64,000 nt of DNA from an uncultured archaeon (GTDB taxonomy: Archaea > Thermoproteota > Nitrososphaeria_A > Caldarchaeales > Wolframiiraptoraceae). Below are positions 19,346 through 30,205 of this stretch, one piece after another; positions within the stretch are counted from its first letter, which is position 1, and each line of letters begins with the position of its first letter. The stretch is taken from contig CALKCF010000006.1 of assembly GCA_938083505.1 (NCBI GenBank), positions 64,001 through 128,000 of the forward strand. Direction: 5' to 3'. The translations under genes were made by a program, and so were the position numbers. A model generated the notes under the pieces. The model worked only from the letters and a program-made list of their open reading frames with translations, searched no databases and was not told the DNA's origin.

Positions 19346-20467
19346 TTAAGATACAGGTTTGTAGACAATGTTTAAAGATTCAGCAGATGAGTAAGCACCT
19401 TCCATTTCCTGAAACGTTGGTCTGCGTGCTATATCTGGATATTCGTCAGGCCTCTCGGCAACGATGTATTCAGGCCTATACTGCTCCATTATATTTACTA
19501 GAGCCCTAGGACAATTCTCGGATATCCACCTTAGGATAGGCTTAGTGCAACATTCCAAGTGGTTTGGCAATACAAGGTGTCTGATTATCATATCACCAGA
19601 GTCATGTGCTATTTTATGGTTCCTCGATACTATCTCAAAGTAGCGTGGAACTTTAGAAAGTCTGATTGCGCAATTGTCGTTTCCATATTTGAAGTCCGGT
19701 AACCATATATCTATCACATCAACTAAGAGCTTAATGCTTTCTAAAGACATGTACATATTACTATTCCAGAGCATCGGCACATTCGTCTCAAGATACTTAA
19801 TACCTTCAAGTATCGTGTAAAGGTTTGGTGTTGGTTCACCACCGACGAAGTTTATATTCAGTGCACCAGTAGTTCTCAGCTCTTTCATTATAAGAGCTAG
19901 CTTTTTTCCATCAATCTCTATACCGTTAAGGGGATCTTGCGATATATCCCAATTCTGGCAAAAAACACACCTAAAGGTGCAACCTGCAAAAAATATAGTC
20001 CCTGAACCACCATAACCTACTAAAGGCGGCTCTTCTCCAAAATGGTGAAACCATGTAGAGACCCTGGATTTGTTATTGACCCTACAAGTGCCGAGCTTTT
20101 TATCTTCGTATCTATTAACTTTGCACTTCCACTCACAAAAATGGCAATTTTTTAATATCCTTTTAGCGATCTCAACTTTTAGATCAACGTAGTTCACAGC
20201 CACAGGCTTCAGCTCATCTAATAGCATCCTATCATTCTTTATATCGTTCAAGATTTCGTTAAAGATTTTAGTGAGTCTTTCATGTTCTTCCCAAAGCCTT
20301 TCGTTCGAACTGGACTCTATGTTTACTTCGCAAGGTATCCTTTTCGCTATGAGAAACTTTGCGGGCTTTAAATTACTCATAACGCTGTAATACCACTTAA
20401 GTCTCTCCCTGACCTCCCGGTTCTGCCATACCGAGGTTGCGAATAGACGCCTCACGGGTGCGCTCAA
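19346..20467 (-). CDS. Radical SAM protein, PflX family
   Basis: CHFCEWKC, GSGTIFFAGCTFRCVFCQNWDIS, PDFKYGN, IIRHLVLP, NIMEQYRP. Confidence 0.88.
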   Translation of the reverse strand: MSAPVRRLFATSVWQNREVRERLKWYYSVMSNLKPAKFLIAKRIPCEVNIESSSNERLWEEHERLTKIFNEILNDIKNDRMLLDELKPVAVNYVDLKVEIAKRILKNCHFCEWKCKVNRYEDKKLGTCRVNNKSRVSTWFHHFGEEPPLVGYGGSGTIFFAGCTFRCVFCQNWDISQDPLNGIEIDGKKLALIMKELRTTGALNINFVGGEPTPNLYTILEGIKYLETNVPMLWNSNMYMSLESIKLLVDVIDIWLPDFKYGNDNCAIRLSKVPRYFEIVSRNHKIAHDSGDMIIRHLVLPNHLECCTKPILRWISENCPRALVNIMEQYRPEYIVAERPDEYPDIARRPTFQEMEGAYSSAESLNIVYKPVS

Positions 20468-20512
20468 ATAATTTTACTATAAGGTTACTAATCAAGTTAT
20501 AGGCACAACACC

Positions 20513-21115
20513 CTATGTTGCATAAAATCTAATGCCGCTTGCTATGAATTCTATCGCTATTGCCGCTATAAATACTGCCATTAACCTTGAAATAACGACC
20601 GAGCCTGTCTCGCCTAGGAAATTGTTTATAGGCTCCATAGCCCTAATTATTAGCCAAGTTATGAGTAATACAACTATAACCGATATTACGGTTACAAATA
20701 CACCAGTCGTCTGGATGTTAACTATAGTTAAGGTTATAGCACCAGGCCCGACCAGCAAAGGGAACGCAATAGGTACAACACCTATACTTCTGTCGGACAA
20801 GTGCCTTTCTTCCCACATACCATGGATGAGTATTTTAATGGAGATTATGAGCAGTAAAAGACCACCCGCTATCTTAAAGCTGTGAATAGAAATGTTAAAT
20901 ACTAAAAGAATACTCTGACCGGCCAATGCAAAGACGTTAAGCAGAACAAATGAAATGACTATAGCCGTCCTAAAAGTCTTGCTCCTTTCCTCTCGAGTCA
21001 TATTACTGGTTAAACCTATGAATATAGGTATGTTTCCGATAGGATCAACTATGATAAAAAGTGCGATGATGGATTTTATAAGCTCATCAATCGCTATTTC
21101 CATATACGGATTCAC
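20513..21115 (-). CDS. MarC family membrane protein
   Basis: IVDPIGNIPIF, FKIAGGLLL, VPIAFPLLVGPGAI. Confidence 0.92.
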   Translation of the reverse strand: MNPYMEIAIDELIKSIIALFIIVDPIGNIPIFIGLTSNMTREERSKTFRTAIVISFVLLNVFALAGQSILLVFNISIHSFKIAGGLLLLIISIKILIHGMWEERHLSDRSIGVVPIAFPLLVGPGAITLTIVNIQTTGVFVTVISVIVVLLITWLIIRAMEPINNFLGETGSVVISRLMAVFIAAIAIEFIASGIRFYAT

Positions 21116-21142
21116 ACTGATTGGTAATTAAAGTTTTACTCA

Positions 21143-22018
21143 CTATTTGAATGTCCCTGTTAATAAATTATTGAGTGGCTTCGCTTTAAACTCTATAACC
21201 ACGTGTTCCCTTGTTGCGGAATAAGATTTTACAACCCTTGAACATATTAGCGTGCTTGTATAACCTAGACGGAGACACAGTTCACTTATCCTATTCCATA
21301 GTTCATCTTTTCCGGTTCCTTTACTCACAAGTTCGTGAAAATGGATCGTAGCACCTCCGGGTTTAACAACACTTAGAGCCGCTGGCAAGGCCTCTATCGT
21401 TCCTCCAAAATAGCCCATTATAATCCTATCCGCTACACGGCCAAGCGTTGGTGTCAACTCTTTACAATCACCAAGCATAGGTTCCACTATATGTTCAACA
21501 TTGTTGAGTATTGTATTTATCTTAAGATACTTGTAAGCCTCTTCGTTGATTTCTATGGCGTAAACTTTAGAAGGCTTTGAGATCGCGGCACATGGTATTG
21601 AAAACTGACCTACACCTGCAAACATGTCGACTATAACCTCTCCAAACCTAACGGACTTCGCAGTTCTGAGACGTTCGTAACTATTTCCTAGACATAACAT
21701 CAATTTTGATACGTCGATCATAAACTTGTATCCATATTCTTTGTGGATCGTTTCGGCATTCGGATCACCATATATTAACTCCACAACCGGTTGCCTTAGC
21801 TTACCGGTAACACCTTGCAGCCTTAAAACGGTCTTCACGGTTGGGTAAAATTCTGCAACAGCCTTGCCCAGTTCTTTTAGGTCTATTCTTTCGTCTTGAA
21901 ACTTTACGAGTGCTACATGCCCTATAATTTTAGCTTTTTTAGGGAAGATATTTGGGTCAATTTCCGTGAATTTTGACTTTAAGAATTCCTTCAACGAAGT
22001 CCGTCGCAAAGTAAGCAT
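21143..22018 (-). CDS. Trm5/Tyw2(Taw2)-family SAM-dependent tRNA modification enzyme
   Basis: IGHVALV, HKEYG, GNSYERLR, DMFAGVGQF, ADRIIMGY. Confidence 0.85.
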   Translation of the reverse strand: MLTLRRTSLKEFLKSKFTEIDPNIFPKKAKIIGHVALVKFQDERIDLKELGKAVAEFYPTVKTVLRLQGVTGKLRQPVVELIYGDPNAETIHKEYGYKFMIDVSKLMLCLGNSYERLRTAKSVRFGEVIVDMFAGVGQFSIPCAAISKPSKVYAIEINEEAYKYLKINTILNNVEHIVEPMLGDCKELTPTLGRVADRIIMGYFGGTIEALPAALSVVKPGGATIHFHELVSKGTGKDELWNRISELCLRLGYTSTLICSRVVKSYSATREHVVIEFKAKPLNNLLTGTFK

Positions 22019-22076
22019 CCCTGAACGTCCCTTACCTTAAAATGGACATATGCTTATTTTGAAATGTTTCATAACA

Positions 22077-22277
22077 TCATTTAACTTTAACTGCATAGTA
22101 GCCTTCTTTCTTAATATTTAGGAGTGTAGCTATCTCTGAAAGTTCTGGTTTTATAAGTATTAGAAGACCTTGGTATGTTGAAGCAAGATTTGTAGATCCA
22201 CATACATCACATGTGTCACCCGACACTATTCTTTTACAGTTCCTGCATACTTTTTCTCTAACCGACACTTGTTTCAA
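22077..22277 (-). CDS. spt4: Transcription elongation factor Spt4 (RpoE2)
   Basis: CRNC..CDVCGS Zn ribbon, SEIA, GYYAVKV; follows rpoE1. Confidence 0.93.
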   Translation of the reverse strand: MKQVSVREKVCRNCKRIVSGDTCDVCGSTNLASTYQGLLILIKPELSEIATLLNIKKEGYYAVKVK

Positions 22278-22839
22278 CTTTTCTCTCGGACCCCTTTAAC
22301 TTTTTCACTTCTTCCTTTATCCATTCAATCTTACCTAAGAATGGTTGTCTAGTCGTTATACCGATCTTGCCTGAAGCACCACTCGTTAATGAGACTGCAA
22401 CTATTCTAGCTCTAACACTATCACCTACAATTAGCTTTTTTCCTGTCTTCTTTCCGGTCAGCATGGAATGTTTTTCATCATAATCTAAATAATCATCCAT
22501 TATTTGGGATATGTGGAGTAAGGCATCTACTGGCCCTATTCTAACGAAAGCTCCAAAATCCGTAAGCTCAACTACCTCTCCCTCAACTACTTCCTGGACC
22601 TTTGGTAGGTATGTAAGAAGCTTTAGCCTATATTTATGATATGTTGAACCATCCCGGGGTAGAAGATACCCAACCGGTTCAACGTCGATATCAACTATAG
22701 CTATGACGTATCCAAGTTCTTCATCGATTATACCTTCATATATGTTCTTTAACTGTTGCATAGCGACTTCTTTCAATGGTTTGTGAAATTCTTTTGGAGG
22801 AATACCTATCGCATTCTCAACTTCAAATAACATGAACAA
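22258..22839 (-). CDS. rpoE: RNA polymerase subunit Rpo7 (E')
   Basis: S1 domain FGAFVRIGPVDALLHISQI, RQPFLGKIEW. Confidence 0.96.
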   Translation of the reverse strand: MFMLFEVENAIGIPPKEFHKPLKEVAMQQLKNIYEGIIDEELGYVIAIVDIDVEPVGYLLPRDGSTYHKYRLKLLTYLPKVQEVVEGEVVELTDFGAFVRIGPVDALLHISQIMDDYLDYDEKHSMLTGKKTGKKLIVGDSVRARIVAVSLTSGASGKIGITTRQPFLGKIEWIKEEVKKLKGSERKVETSVG

Positions 22840-22912
22840 TTCTCATGCACCTTGTTACTGCCGATTAAACTAACTTATTACGGCACACTCTACTTGGCCT
22901 AATATATACTTT

Positions 22913-23308
22913 TCAGGGTATGAAACCCTCTACCCTTATTTCTCCTTTTTTGTTGAGATATATTACAGAAACATTGGAGTTTCTCAGAGCTCTCCTTAGC
23001 CCACTATCTAACGTCAATACAGGCAACCTCAACGCTTTAGCTGTCTTAAGCAGAGCAAGGTCTACGTTCTCCTCCTCTATGCTTGTATTTAACTGCTCGA
23101 ACTTCTCACAAAGAATAAGAGCCAAGCCTGCCCTTCTTGCCTTCATACCTCTACCCCTTGCCCTTGCAAGGGACCTGAGTTCTTCAACGACATTAGGTAT
23201 CACAACAGGAGCGATTTTTGTGTTCAAACTTTCTTCAACTCTTGCGAGTAAGTCTTCACCTAATTCTGCTATCCTCATTAAAAAACTGGTATCAACAAGT
23301 ACTCTCAA
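22913..23308 (-). CDS. PIN-domain nuclease (Fcf1/Utp24-like)
   Basis: VLVDTSFL, VVEEL, VDLALL, LTLD; conserved position between aIF2gamma and rpoE. Confidence 0.85.
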   Translation of the reverse strand: MRVLVDTSFLMRIAELGEDLLARVEESLNTKIAPVVIPNVVEELRSLARARGRGMKARRAGLALILCEKFEQLNTSIEEENVDLALLKTAKALRLPVLTLDSGLRRALRNSNVSVIYLNKKGEIRVEGFIP

Positions 23309-23316
23309 GGTGCAGT

Positions 23317-24561
23317 TTATCTTACTATACCGTAACCTATTAGTCTCCAACCAGTACCTATCTTTCTGCTTATCGTCACCCTGTCACCTATATTGACGCA
23401 TATCGGTCTTGTAAGTGCAAACTCCATAACCGTACCCGTCTTTTTTGTCACAACACCTTTTACTACTGCAGAATAGGCATTTATGACGAGTTGTTCCTTT
23501 TCTGACAAAGCTTTAACTTCAACGTCACCTTCAAGACCAACAACTTTGTTGAAAAGTTCGTACTCTAGATGGATGTGGTACATTGTTGGCGGTAAAGTTC
23601 CTGGCTTACCTACAACATTTCCGGTCAACCCATCAGATTTTGTTAGTGATGGATCAAGCTCCGTTTCGATACCTGTGAGTCCGCCGCTTACTGCCTCCTC
23701 AACGTTCTTGCCACCAGCACGTATATTCACAACCCTAGTGTATAACGGCTCATAGTTCTCCTGAGGTTTCTCTGGATTTTTCGGTAAACCTGGGGCTATC
23801 TCTATCTCATCACCCACCCGCACCTTTCCTTGAGTTATCGAGCCACCTATGACTCCTCCCCTAAGCTCGTCTGCACGTGTTCCCGGACGGTTCACATCAA
23901 ACGATCTTAATATCGGCATCCTGAATGGTAAATCTAAGTTTCTTTTGGGTGTAGAAATATATTTTTGGATTGCATACAGCAGGACGTCTATGCCTAGGTT
24001 ATGCTGGCCAGATACAGGTATTATAGGTGCATCGGCGACGTTAGAGTCTTTAATAAACTCTCTAATCTCCTTATAGTTCTGCAACGCTCTCTCTTTTGAT
24101 ACCAGATCGATTTTATTTTGAGAAAATATCAACTTATTGATGCCCAATATCTTTACTGCATGAAAGTGCTCGTTATCTTGAGGTTGGGGAAATTTGAACC
24201 TTGCGTCAACCACGAACAGAGCCCCATCGAAGAGGGGTGCGCTTGAAAGCATAGTAACCATCAACGAGTGATGACCTGGACAGTCTATGAATGAAATTGC
24301 CCTTTCGAACTCGGTTTTCGAGCCGCACTTGGGACAAATCTCCTCCGTCGTATAGTTATAAGGTTCTTCGCAAGATGGGCACCTATAGATAGGGGCGTCT
24401 GCATATCCTATTCTTATTGTGATGCCACGCTTAAGTTCTTCAGAATGCCTTGCAGTCCATACACCAGTAATGCTCTGCACGATCGTAGTTTTGCCGTTGT
24501 CAACATGACCTAATGTTCCTATATTAACCTCGGGCTGCTTTGGCAGCGGCTTGCTCATCAT
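23317..24561 (-). CDS. eif2g: Translation initiation factor aIF2 gamma
   Basis: GHVDNGKT, RGITIRIGY, DCPGH, NKID, RSFDVNRPG, WRLIGYG. Confidence 0.97.
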   Translation of the reverse strand: MMSKPLPKQPEVNIGTLGHVDNGKTTIVQSITGVWTARHSEELKRGITIRIGYADAPIYRCPSCEEPYNYTTEEICPKCGSKTEFERAISFIDCPGHHSLMVTMLSSAPLFDGALFVVDARFKFPQPQDNEHFHAVKILGINKLIFSQNKIDLVSKERALQNYKEIREFIKDSNVADAPIIPVSGQHNLGIDVLLYAIQKYISTPKRNLDLPFRMPILRSFDVNRPGTRADELRGGVIGGSITQGKVRVGDEIEIAPGLPKNPEKPQENYEPLYTRVVNIRAGGKNVEEAVSGGLTGIETELDPSLTKSDGLTGNVVGKPGTLPPTMYHIHLEYELFNKVVGLEGDVEVKALSEKEQLVINAYSAVVKGVVTKKTGTVMEFALTRPICVNIGDRVTISRKIGTGWRLIGYGIVR

Positions 24562-24632
24562 TATAAAGATTTTATTAATTTACGCTGTTTATATAGGTTA
24601 AATTCTCTATATATTTTACTATTTTTTTGGTT

Positions 24633-25061
24633 CTATGTATCTGGGCGGAGCTCCTTTTCGTCAAAAAATATCTTGACTTCCCTCTCATAAGATTCTGGGC
24701 TGTCGCATGCGTGAATTAGGTTGTCAGTCTTATCTAATGCTAGATCGCCCCTTATGGTCCCAGGGCTTGCCTCAGCAGGGTCCGTGGCACCTATCATCTT
24801 TCTCACGACGCTTATGGCATTCCTACCTTCGACAACGGCAAGGACGACCCTATCACTAGTCATACATGCTACTAACTCGTCGTAGAATGATTTACCTAGG
24901 TGTTGTCGATAGAGCTCCTCGACTTTTTCTCTCGGAAGCTTCGCAATCTTTAATTGAAGTATTCTTAAACCCTTTTTCTCAAACCTTGATAGTATCTCAC
25001 CGACGAGGCCTCTTTTCAGACAACTGGGTTTAAGTATTATGAAGGACCTTTCGACACTCAT
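24633..25061 (-). CDS. ndk: Nucleoside diphosphate kinase
   Basis: GATDPAEASPGTIRGD, NLIHACDS. Confidence 0.96.
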   Translation of the reverse strand: MSVERSFIILKPSCLKRGLVGEILSRFEKKGLRILQLKIAKLPREKVEELYRQHLGKSFYDELVACMTSDRVVLAVVEGRNAISVVRKMIGATDPAEASPGTIRGDLALDKTDNLIHACDSPESYEREVKIFFDEKELRPDT

Positions 25062-25073
25062 TTCCTCTTCCCC

Positions 25074-25280
25074 CTAATTTAATGACATATAAGCACGTCT
25101 CTCCTTACCGTAAAATTCCGTCCATTTAATCTTTCTGGGATCTTTCTTGTGTTCTAACATGTAGACTCTACACTTTCTGGAACAGAACCAAAAAGTGGAA
25201 CCATCATTCTTTACGAACAATATACCGTTGCCATGCAAAAACTCTTTTCCACAGAAAGAGCATTTATGTCTAGTTGGCAT
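25074..25280 (-). CDS. rpl24e: 50S ribosomal protein eL24
   Basis: CSFCG, FCSRKC, PRKIKWT. Confidence 0.95.
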   Translation of the reverse strand: MPTRHKCSFCGKEFLHGNGILFVKNDGSTFWFCSRKCRVYMLEHKKDPRKIKWTEFYGKERRAYMSLN

Positions 25281-25312
25281 GAACCTTTCATCCTACCCTC
25301 GTTTGAACGCTA

Positions 25313-25537
25313 CTACTTTATCTTTTCTGCTTCACGTTCTGTATCTAACAACAGAAGTATATCGCCAACCCTGACAGGTCCCTTAACATTTCTCGATATT
25401 ACCCTACCTTGGTATTTACCCTTGAGTATTCGAACCCTAACTTGTGTCACCTCTCCTGTGATCCCTGTCCTCCCTACGATCTGCTCAACTACTGCTGGTA
25501 CAGGTTCTTCAACTGACGGAGGTGCTTTCTCGCTCAT
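25313..25537 (-). CDS. rps28e: 30S ribosomal protein eS28
   Basis: [27 protein letters not shown]. Confidence 0.96.
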   Translation of the reverse strand: MSEKAPPSVEEPVPAVVEQIVGRTGITGEVTQVRVRILKGKYQGRVISRNVKGPVRVGDILLLLDTEREAEKIK

Positions 25538-25542
25538 GTATA

Positions 25543-25935
25543 TCACTTCGACTTGCCGGACCTTATCTCGGCCACCTTTTTAGTTATCTCGTCAATGTAA
25601 CCTTTTGCATCGCCTGGATCTATTATAGAAACTGAACTTGCTGCAACCGATATGCCAGCAACCTCGCCTAACTCCTTCTTGGAAGGGACAAACATGTAAG
25701 GTATTTTCTTCTCATCACATAAGGCAGGTAAGAAGGCAACGATCTCAGGTGGGTCAACGTCCATTGCGATTACAACAAATTTAGCCTGACCCCTCTCGAT
25801 AGATTTTATCACCTCATTGACACCCTTACGGGTCTTTCCTGTAAGTCTCGCTATCTTTATCGCCTCCAGAGTTGCCTTAATCAGCTCCTCGGGTGGGTTA
25901 AAAGTCAAATAGTAAGCTCCTGTAGCAGATTTCAT
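25543..25935 (-). CDS. rpl7ae: Ribosomal / K-turn binding protein L7Ae
   Basis: [30 protein letters not shown]. Confidence 0.96.
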   Translation of the reverse strand: MKSATGAYYLTFNPPEELIKATLEAIKIARLTGKTRKGVNEVIKSIERGQAKFVVIAMDVDPPEIVAFLPALCDEKKIPYMFVPSKKELGEVAGISVAASSVSIIDPGDAKGYIDEITKKVAEIRSGKSK

Positions 25936-26064
25936 TAGCTTCTCCCCCTTCAGCCCACTTACACCACTTCTCACTTGTAAAAATTAGGCTTCTATTTATC
26001 TATATAGCTATCGGAGCTTACGTAATGCAAAAAGTGAATTAATACTTTTTAGCATCCATGTAAG

Positions 26065-27789
26065 ATGGGCATGAGGATGGAACTACGGGTGCTGATCCTT
26101 AAGTGGTCTTTAAAGAACGCTATCGAGCACGATGGAAAAGCTATCGTCAAAGCAGTCGTATCGAAAGTGCTCGGCGAGAATCCTGAATTTAGAAAAATGA
26201 TTGGAGAAGTATTAAAGTTAGCCGAAGAAGTTGTAGCAAACGTCAACCAAATGGGAGTTGAGCAGCAGATAAAGATGCTGGAGGAAATAGCACCCGCGTT
26301 ACTTGTAAAACATAAACCAAAAGAAAAGAAGTTACCACCATTACCGCATGCCGAGCCAGGTAAAGTCGTTACGAGATTACCGCCAGAGCCGAGCGGTTAT
26401 ATGCATATTGGGCATGCAATGAGCGGCATCTTGAACTATATGTATGCTAAGATATATGACGGAAAACTTTGGCTCAGGTTCGAAGATACAAATCCAAGAA
26501 AGGTCAAGCTTGAATATTATGAAAACTTTAGGAAAGGTTACAAATGGTTTGGGATAGAGTGGGATTATGAGAAGTGCAATTCAGAAGATTTAGAATCATA
26601 CTATAGTTATGCAAACGAGTTAATAAGAAGAGGTCTAGCATATGTGTGCTCCTGTAGCAAGGAAGATATGAGCAGAAGAAGATTTATGATGACTGAATGT
26701 GTACACAGACAACAGCCAGTCGAGTTGAATTTGTCACTATGGAAGGACATGCTGTCGGGGGTGTTAAAAGAAAGATCAGCCGTGCTCAGACTTAAGGGAG
26801 ACATGACAAGTAAGAATACAGTAATGCGAGATCCTACGCTATTTCGTATAGTCGAACATCCGCATCCAATCGTAGGTGATAAATATAGAGTTTGGCCGAC
26901 ATATGATATTGCTGCTGCCATAGAGGATGCTATTTGCGGTGTAACACACGTTCTGAGAAGTAGCGAATTTGCTTTACGTGACGAATTACAGAATTATATA
27001 AGATCTTTATTAGGTTTACAAAACCCAGTTTTTGTAGAATATTCTCGGTTCGAGTTTAAGGGCACACCTTTGGCTAAGAGAGAAATAAGACGTCTAATAG
27101 AGCAAGGGATAGTGTCTAGATGGGATGATCCAAGGTTGGCAACTGTCGACGGAATAAAAAGAAGAGGTTTACTGCCGGAAGCAATAAAGGAGTTCACAAT
27201 ATCCCAGACGGGACTAACGTATACAAAAAGAGTTTATGCGTGGGAGCTTTTGTATGCCATTAATAGACGCATACTAGATCCAATCGCGAAAAGGTATTTT
27301 CTCGTTCCCGACCCTATTTTGGTAGAAGTCGAGGGGGCGCCAGAAGTTAATGTTGAGTTGCCATATCACCCATCGGAACCGCTCGGCAAGAGGTTGGTAC
27401 ATGCTGATAACAAATTCTACATACCAAGAAAGGATGTGCAGGGACTTAAGGAGGGGGATACGCTTAGACTCAAGTACCTCTATAACGTTTCGATAAAAGA
27501 GGTCACTAAACATTTGGTGAAGGCAACCTTTGTGTGCAGAGACGTATTAGAAGGTGTGCCGATAGTTCAATGGGTAACCGAAGATTATGTTAAAGTCAGA
27601 GTTTTGGTGCCAGATGTTCTGTACCGAGACAACGGGCAAATGAACCCTGATAGCCTAAAGACCATACATGCGTTTGGAGAGAGTGCATGTGTAGAGATTA
27701 AATATGGAGAGAGAGTTCAGTTTGAACGTTTCGGCTTCTGTATAAGGGATGATGCGAACACCCTAGATTTCATATTCATACACACTTAA
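26065..27789 (+). CDS. gltX: Glutamyl-tRNA synthetase
   Basis: PPEPSGYMHIGHA, RFEDTNP, WPTYD, WDDPRL, QFERFGF. Confidence 0.96.
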   Translation: MGMRMELRVLILKWSLKNAIEHDGKAIVKAVVSKVLGENPEFRKMIGEVLKLAEEVVANVNQMGVEQQIKMLEEIAPALLVKHKPKEKKLPPLPHAEPGKVVTRLPPEPSGYMHIGHAMSGILNYMYAKIYDGKLWLRFEDTNPRKVKLEYYENFRKGYKWFGIEWDYEKCNSEDLESYYSYANELIRRGLAYVCSCSKEDMSRRRFMMTECVHRQQPVELNLSLWKDMLSGVLKERSAVLRLKGDMTSKNTVMRDPTLFRIVEHPHPIVGDKYRVWPTYDIAAAIEDAICGVTHVLRSSEFALRDELQNYIRSLLGLQNPVFVEYSRFEFKGTPLAKREIRRLIEQGIVSRWDDPRLATVDGIKRRGLLPEAIKEFTISQTGLTYTKRVYAWELLYAINRRILDPIAKRYFLVPDPILVEVEGAPEVNVELPYHPSEPLGKRLVHADNKFYIPRKDVQGLKEGDTLRLKYLYNVSIKEVTKHLVKATFVCRDVLEGVPIVQWVTEDYVKVRVLVPDVLYRDNGQMNPDSLKTIHAFGESACVEIKYGERVQFERFGFCIRDDANTLDFIFIHT

Positions 27790-27803
27790 CAAAGTTGAAA
27801 CAG

Positions 27804-28895
27804 CTAAAGCCTAACTTTTGGATGTTGTATACCCCTTTGCTTAACCCACTCCAACAGACGGCCAGTTATCGCAACCTTTGCCTTCTTAAGGGACCCTACA
27901 TCTCGACAGCCCGTTAAGAACATAGCGGTCTTCAATTCTGAAACCATTTGCTTTAGAAACGTTACAACCTTATCTGGACCGACCACGGCATGCTGAAGTA
28001 ACGGTCGAGCTATACCGGCCATACTCGCACCTATTGCAATGGCCTTAGCAACATCCAAACCGTTTCTTATACCACCCGACGCTATTATCGGAATTTTTGT
28101 CGATGCATGAGCTTCTATCGTGGCAGCAGCCGTTGGTATCCCCCACTCCAAAAATGTCTTACCTATAGCTGCGTGTTCAAAGAATCCTTTCTCTAATGCT
28201 CTTATTCTCTCGATTAACGCCCAATTAGTGCCACCGGCACCACCTACATCTATCACAGCCACACCTATTTCCTCAAGCCTTCTCGAAAGCTCGGCGCATA
28301 TTCCGTAGCCGACTTCTTTTACAATAATAGGGATCGGCAACCCCTCTGCGACACTTTTTATTGCCTCAAGCACACCCTTAAAAGAAGTCGTGCCATAAGG
28401 TTGAACAACCTCATGAAGCGGGTTAAGGTGGACCGCGAGCGCATTTGCATCAACCATTTTAACGACTTCTTCTGCTAACCTTATACCACCTTTGATGAGC
28501 TGCACACCGCCTATATTGGCGATAAGAAAAACATCTGGTGCGACGTCCCTTACAACCCTAAAGCTTTCTGCAAGCTCCGGCTTCTCCAAGGCTGCCCTTT
28601 GACTTCCTAACTCTATGGGTATGTTAAGTTCTGAGGCGGCTATTGCCAAATTTCTGTTTATTATCTCAGTACCTTTTGCGCCTCCAGTCATACCTTCTAT
28701 TAGGATTGGTGCAGAGAACTTTCTGCTAAGAAATTCTGTTGAGGTATCAATATCAACATAATCCAGCTCCGGTGCAGCAATATGTATAAGTTCTACAAAT
28801 TCAAACCATGTCGTCTTTTGCTTAAATTCAACATCTTTCTCTAAGCAAATCCTTATGTGGTCCAACTTCCTGACTTCTATGCTACTTTCACCCAT
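27804..28895 (-). CDS. fni: Type 2 isopentenyl-diphosphate isomerase
   Basis: RKLDHI, MTGG, GSQRAA, HLNPLHE, VKEVG, GAGGT, SGGIR. Confidence 0.95.
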   Translation of the reverse strand: MGESSIEVRKLDHIRICLEKDVEFKQKTTWFEFVELIHIAAPELDYVDIDTSTEFLSRKFSAPILIEGMTGGAKGTEIINRNLAIAASELNIPIELGSQRAALEKPELAESFRVVRDVAPDVFLIANIGGVQLIKGGIRLAEEVVKMVDANALAVHLNPLHEVVQPYGTTSFKGVLEAIKSVAEGLPIPIIVKEVGYGICAELSRRLEEIGVAVIDVGGAGGTNWALIERIRALEKGFFEHAAIGKTFLEWGIPTAAATIEAHASTKIPIIASGGIRNGLDVAKAIAIGASMAGIARPLLQHAVVGPDKVVTFLKQMVSELKTAMFLTGCRDVGSLKKAKVAITGRLLEWVKQRGIQHPKVRL

Positions 28896-28940
28896 TTGAA
28901 CCTTAAAGCTTAGGAACTACCTCTGATAAATATATGACGG

Positions 28941-29723
28941 TTATGCCACTTTGACCCTAGTGCCAACGACTTTCTGTCCCTTAATTACCGCTTCGACACG
29001 GCCTGGAACAAGGCCATTTATTATATAAACATCTATACCGTGTCTTGCTGCCGCGAGTGCTTCCTCAACTTTATAGAACATACCACCGGTCACATCACCT
29101 TCAATTGGTTCATATTTTAAGCTCATGTGAATTTTCTCGGTTAACTCTTCTATAAGAAAGCGTTGTGAGGTTTTTCTATCGAAACCATAAACACCATCGA
29201 CGTCTACGAGAAAAATGAGTTGCTTAGCTTTAAGTCTCATAGCAATGTAGGACGCTAATGCGTCACCGGAAAGTATTGTAAATTTTAACTTTCTATCAAA
29301 TACCGCATCTCCGTACATAACCGGAACGAGACCTATCTCCAGAGCCGAGAATATTGGATCAAAGTTGCACGTCTCTATATCTCCAGAATTTGTAGTGACT
29401 GTGCACGACGGTGGTATGCCTATTACCGGAAGGTCAACGTCATTAAGCGCAGACACCACGAGATCGTTAAGTTTTCTCATTGCGCTGACAGTCTCCACGA
29501 AGCCTTTAAGCTGCTCGGCTTTCTGGTAACCTTTCTTTATTCCGTATGCCTCAGCTATTGGATGGCCGAAGGATCCACCTCCATGGACAATAATCATCGG
29601 TGTAGGCCAGATCGACTTTAGCTCTCCACCTATTCTCAGAACAACATCCCGGTTAAAGGAGAGTGGTTCCTGCTTATTAGTTATGATAGAGCCTCCGAGC
29701 TTTAAGACTATTAATTTTCTCAT
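28941..29723 (-). CDS. ipk: Isopentenyl phosphate kinase
   Basis: LKLGGSIITNK, VHGGGSFGH, ILSGD, DVTGGM. Confidence 0.93.
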   Translation of the reverse strand: MRKLIVLKLGGSIITNKQEPLSFNRDVVLRIGGELKSIWPTPMIIVHGGGSFGHPIAEAYGIKKGYQKAEQLKGFVETVSAMRKLNDLVVSALNDVDLPVIGIPPSCTVTTNSGDIETCNFDPIFSALEIGLVPVMYGDAVFDRKLKFTILSGDALASYIAMRLKAKQLIFLVDVDGVYGFDRKTSQRFLIEELTEKIHMSLKYEPIEGDVTGGMFYKVEEALAAARHGIDVYIINGLVPGRVEAVIKGQKVVGTRVKVA

Positions 29724-29790
29724 ACTCTTTGACCGTGGAAAAATTATAAAAGGGGGATTAAATTGGTTTTGCTAATTGAACATGCTTCGC

Positions 29791-30198
29791 TTACGTTCGG
29801 GAGATTATTGGTCTGAACTTGTAACCATAGTATATGATGCCGTGTTCGGATTCTTGTCCTATTACTCTAAACGCCAACTCCACACGCATGCCTATTTTAA
29901 CATCTTCTGAATCACAATCCACTATCTCCGCGGTAAGTTTTGTACCGTCCTCCAGCTCCACAATAGCCATTATGTACGGTCCGTAATTATCTTTCTCAGC
30001 CGGTAATGTATGGACAACTGTGTAGGAGTATATAGTACCTCTTGGTGGGAGCTGGATCGTTTCAATTTTCTCAGAATTACAAACGGGGCACACGTTTCTT
30101 GGACCTATGTATGTCTTTCCACATACTGTGCACTTCGAACCCAGCAACCCATATCTTCTTTCAGCCAATTGCCATATTCTTGGTGACTTTGGCATCAT
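29791..30198 (-). CDS. DUF35 Zn-ribbon/OB-fold scaffold of the thiolase-HMG-CoA synthase complex
   Basis: CTVCG...PRNVCPVC, GTIYSYT, YGYKFRP; adjacent to thiolase. Confidence 0.9.
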   Translation of the reverse strand: MMPKSPRIWQLAERRYGLLGSKCTVCGKTYIGPRNVCPVCNSEKIETIQLPPRGTIYSYTVVHTLPAEKDNYGPYIMAIVELEDGTKLTAEIVDCDSEDVKIGMRVELAFRVIGQESEHGIIYYGYKFRPIISRT

Positions 30199-30205
30199 TT
30201 TTGAT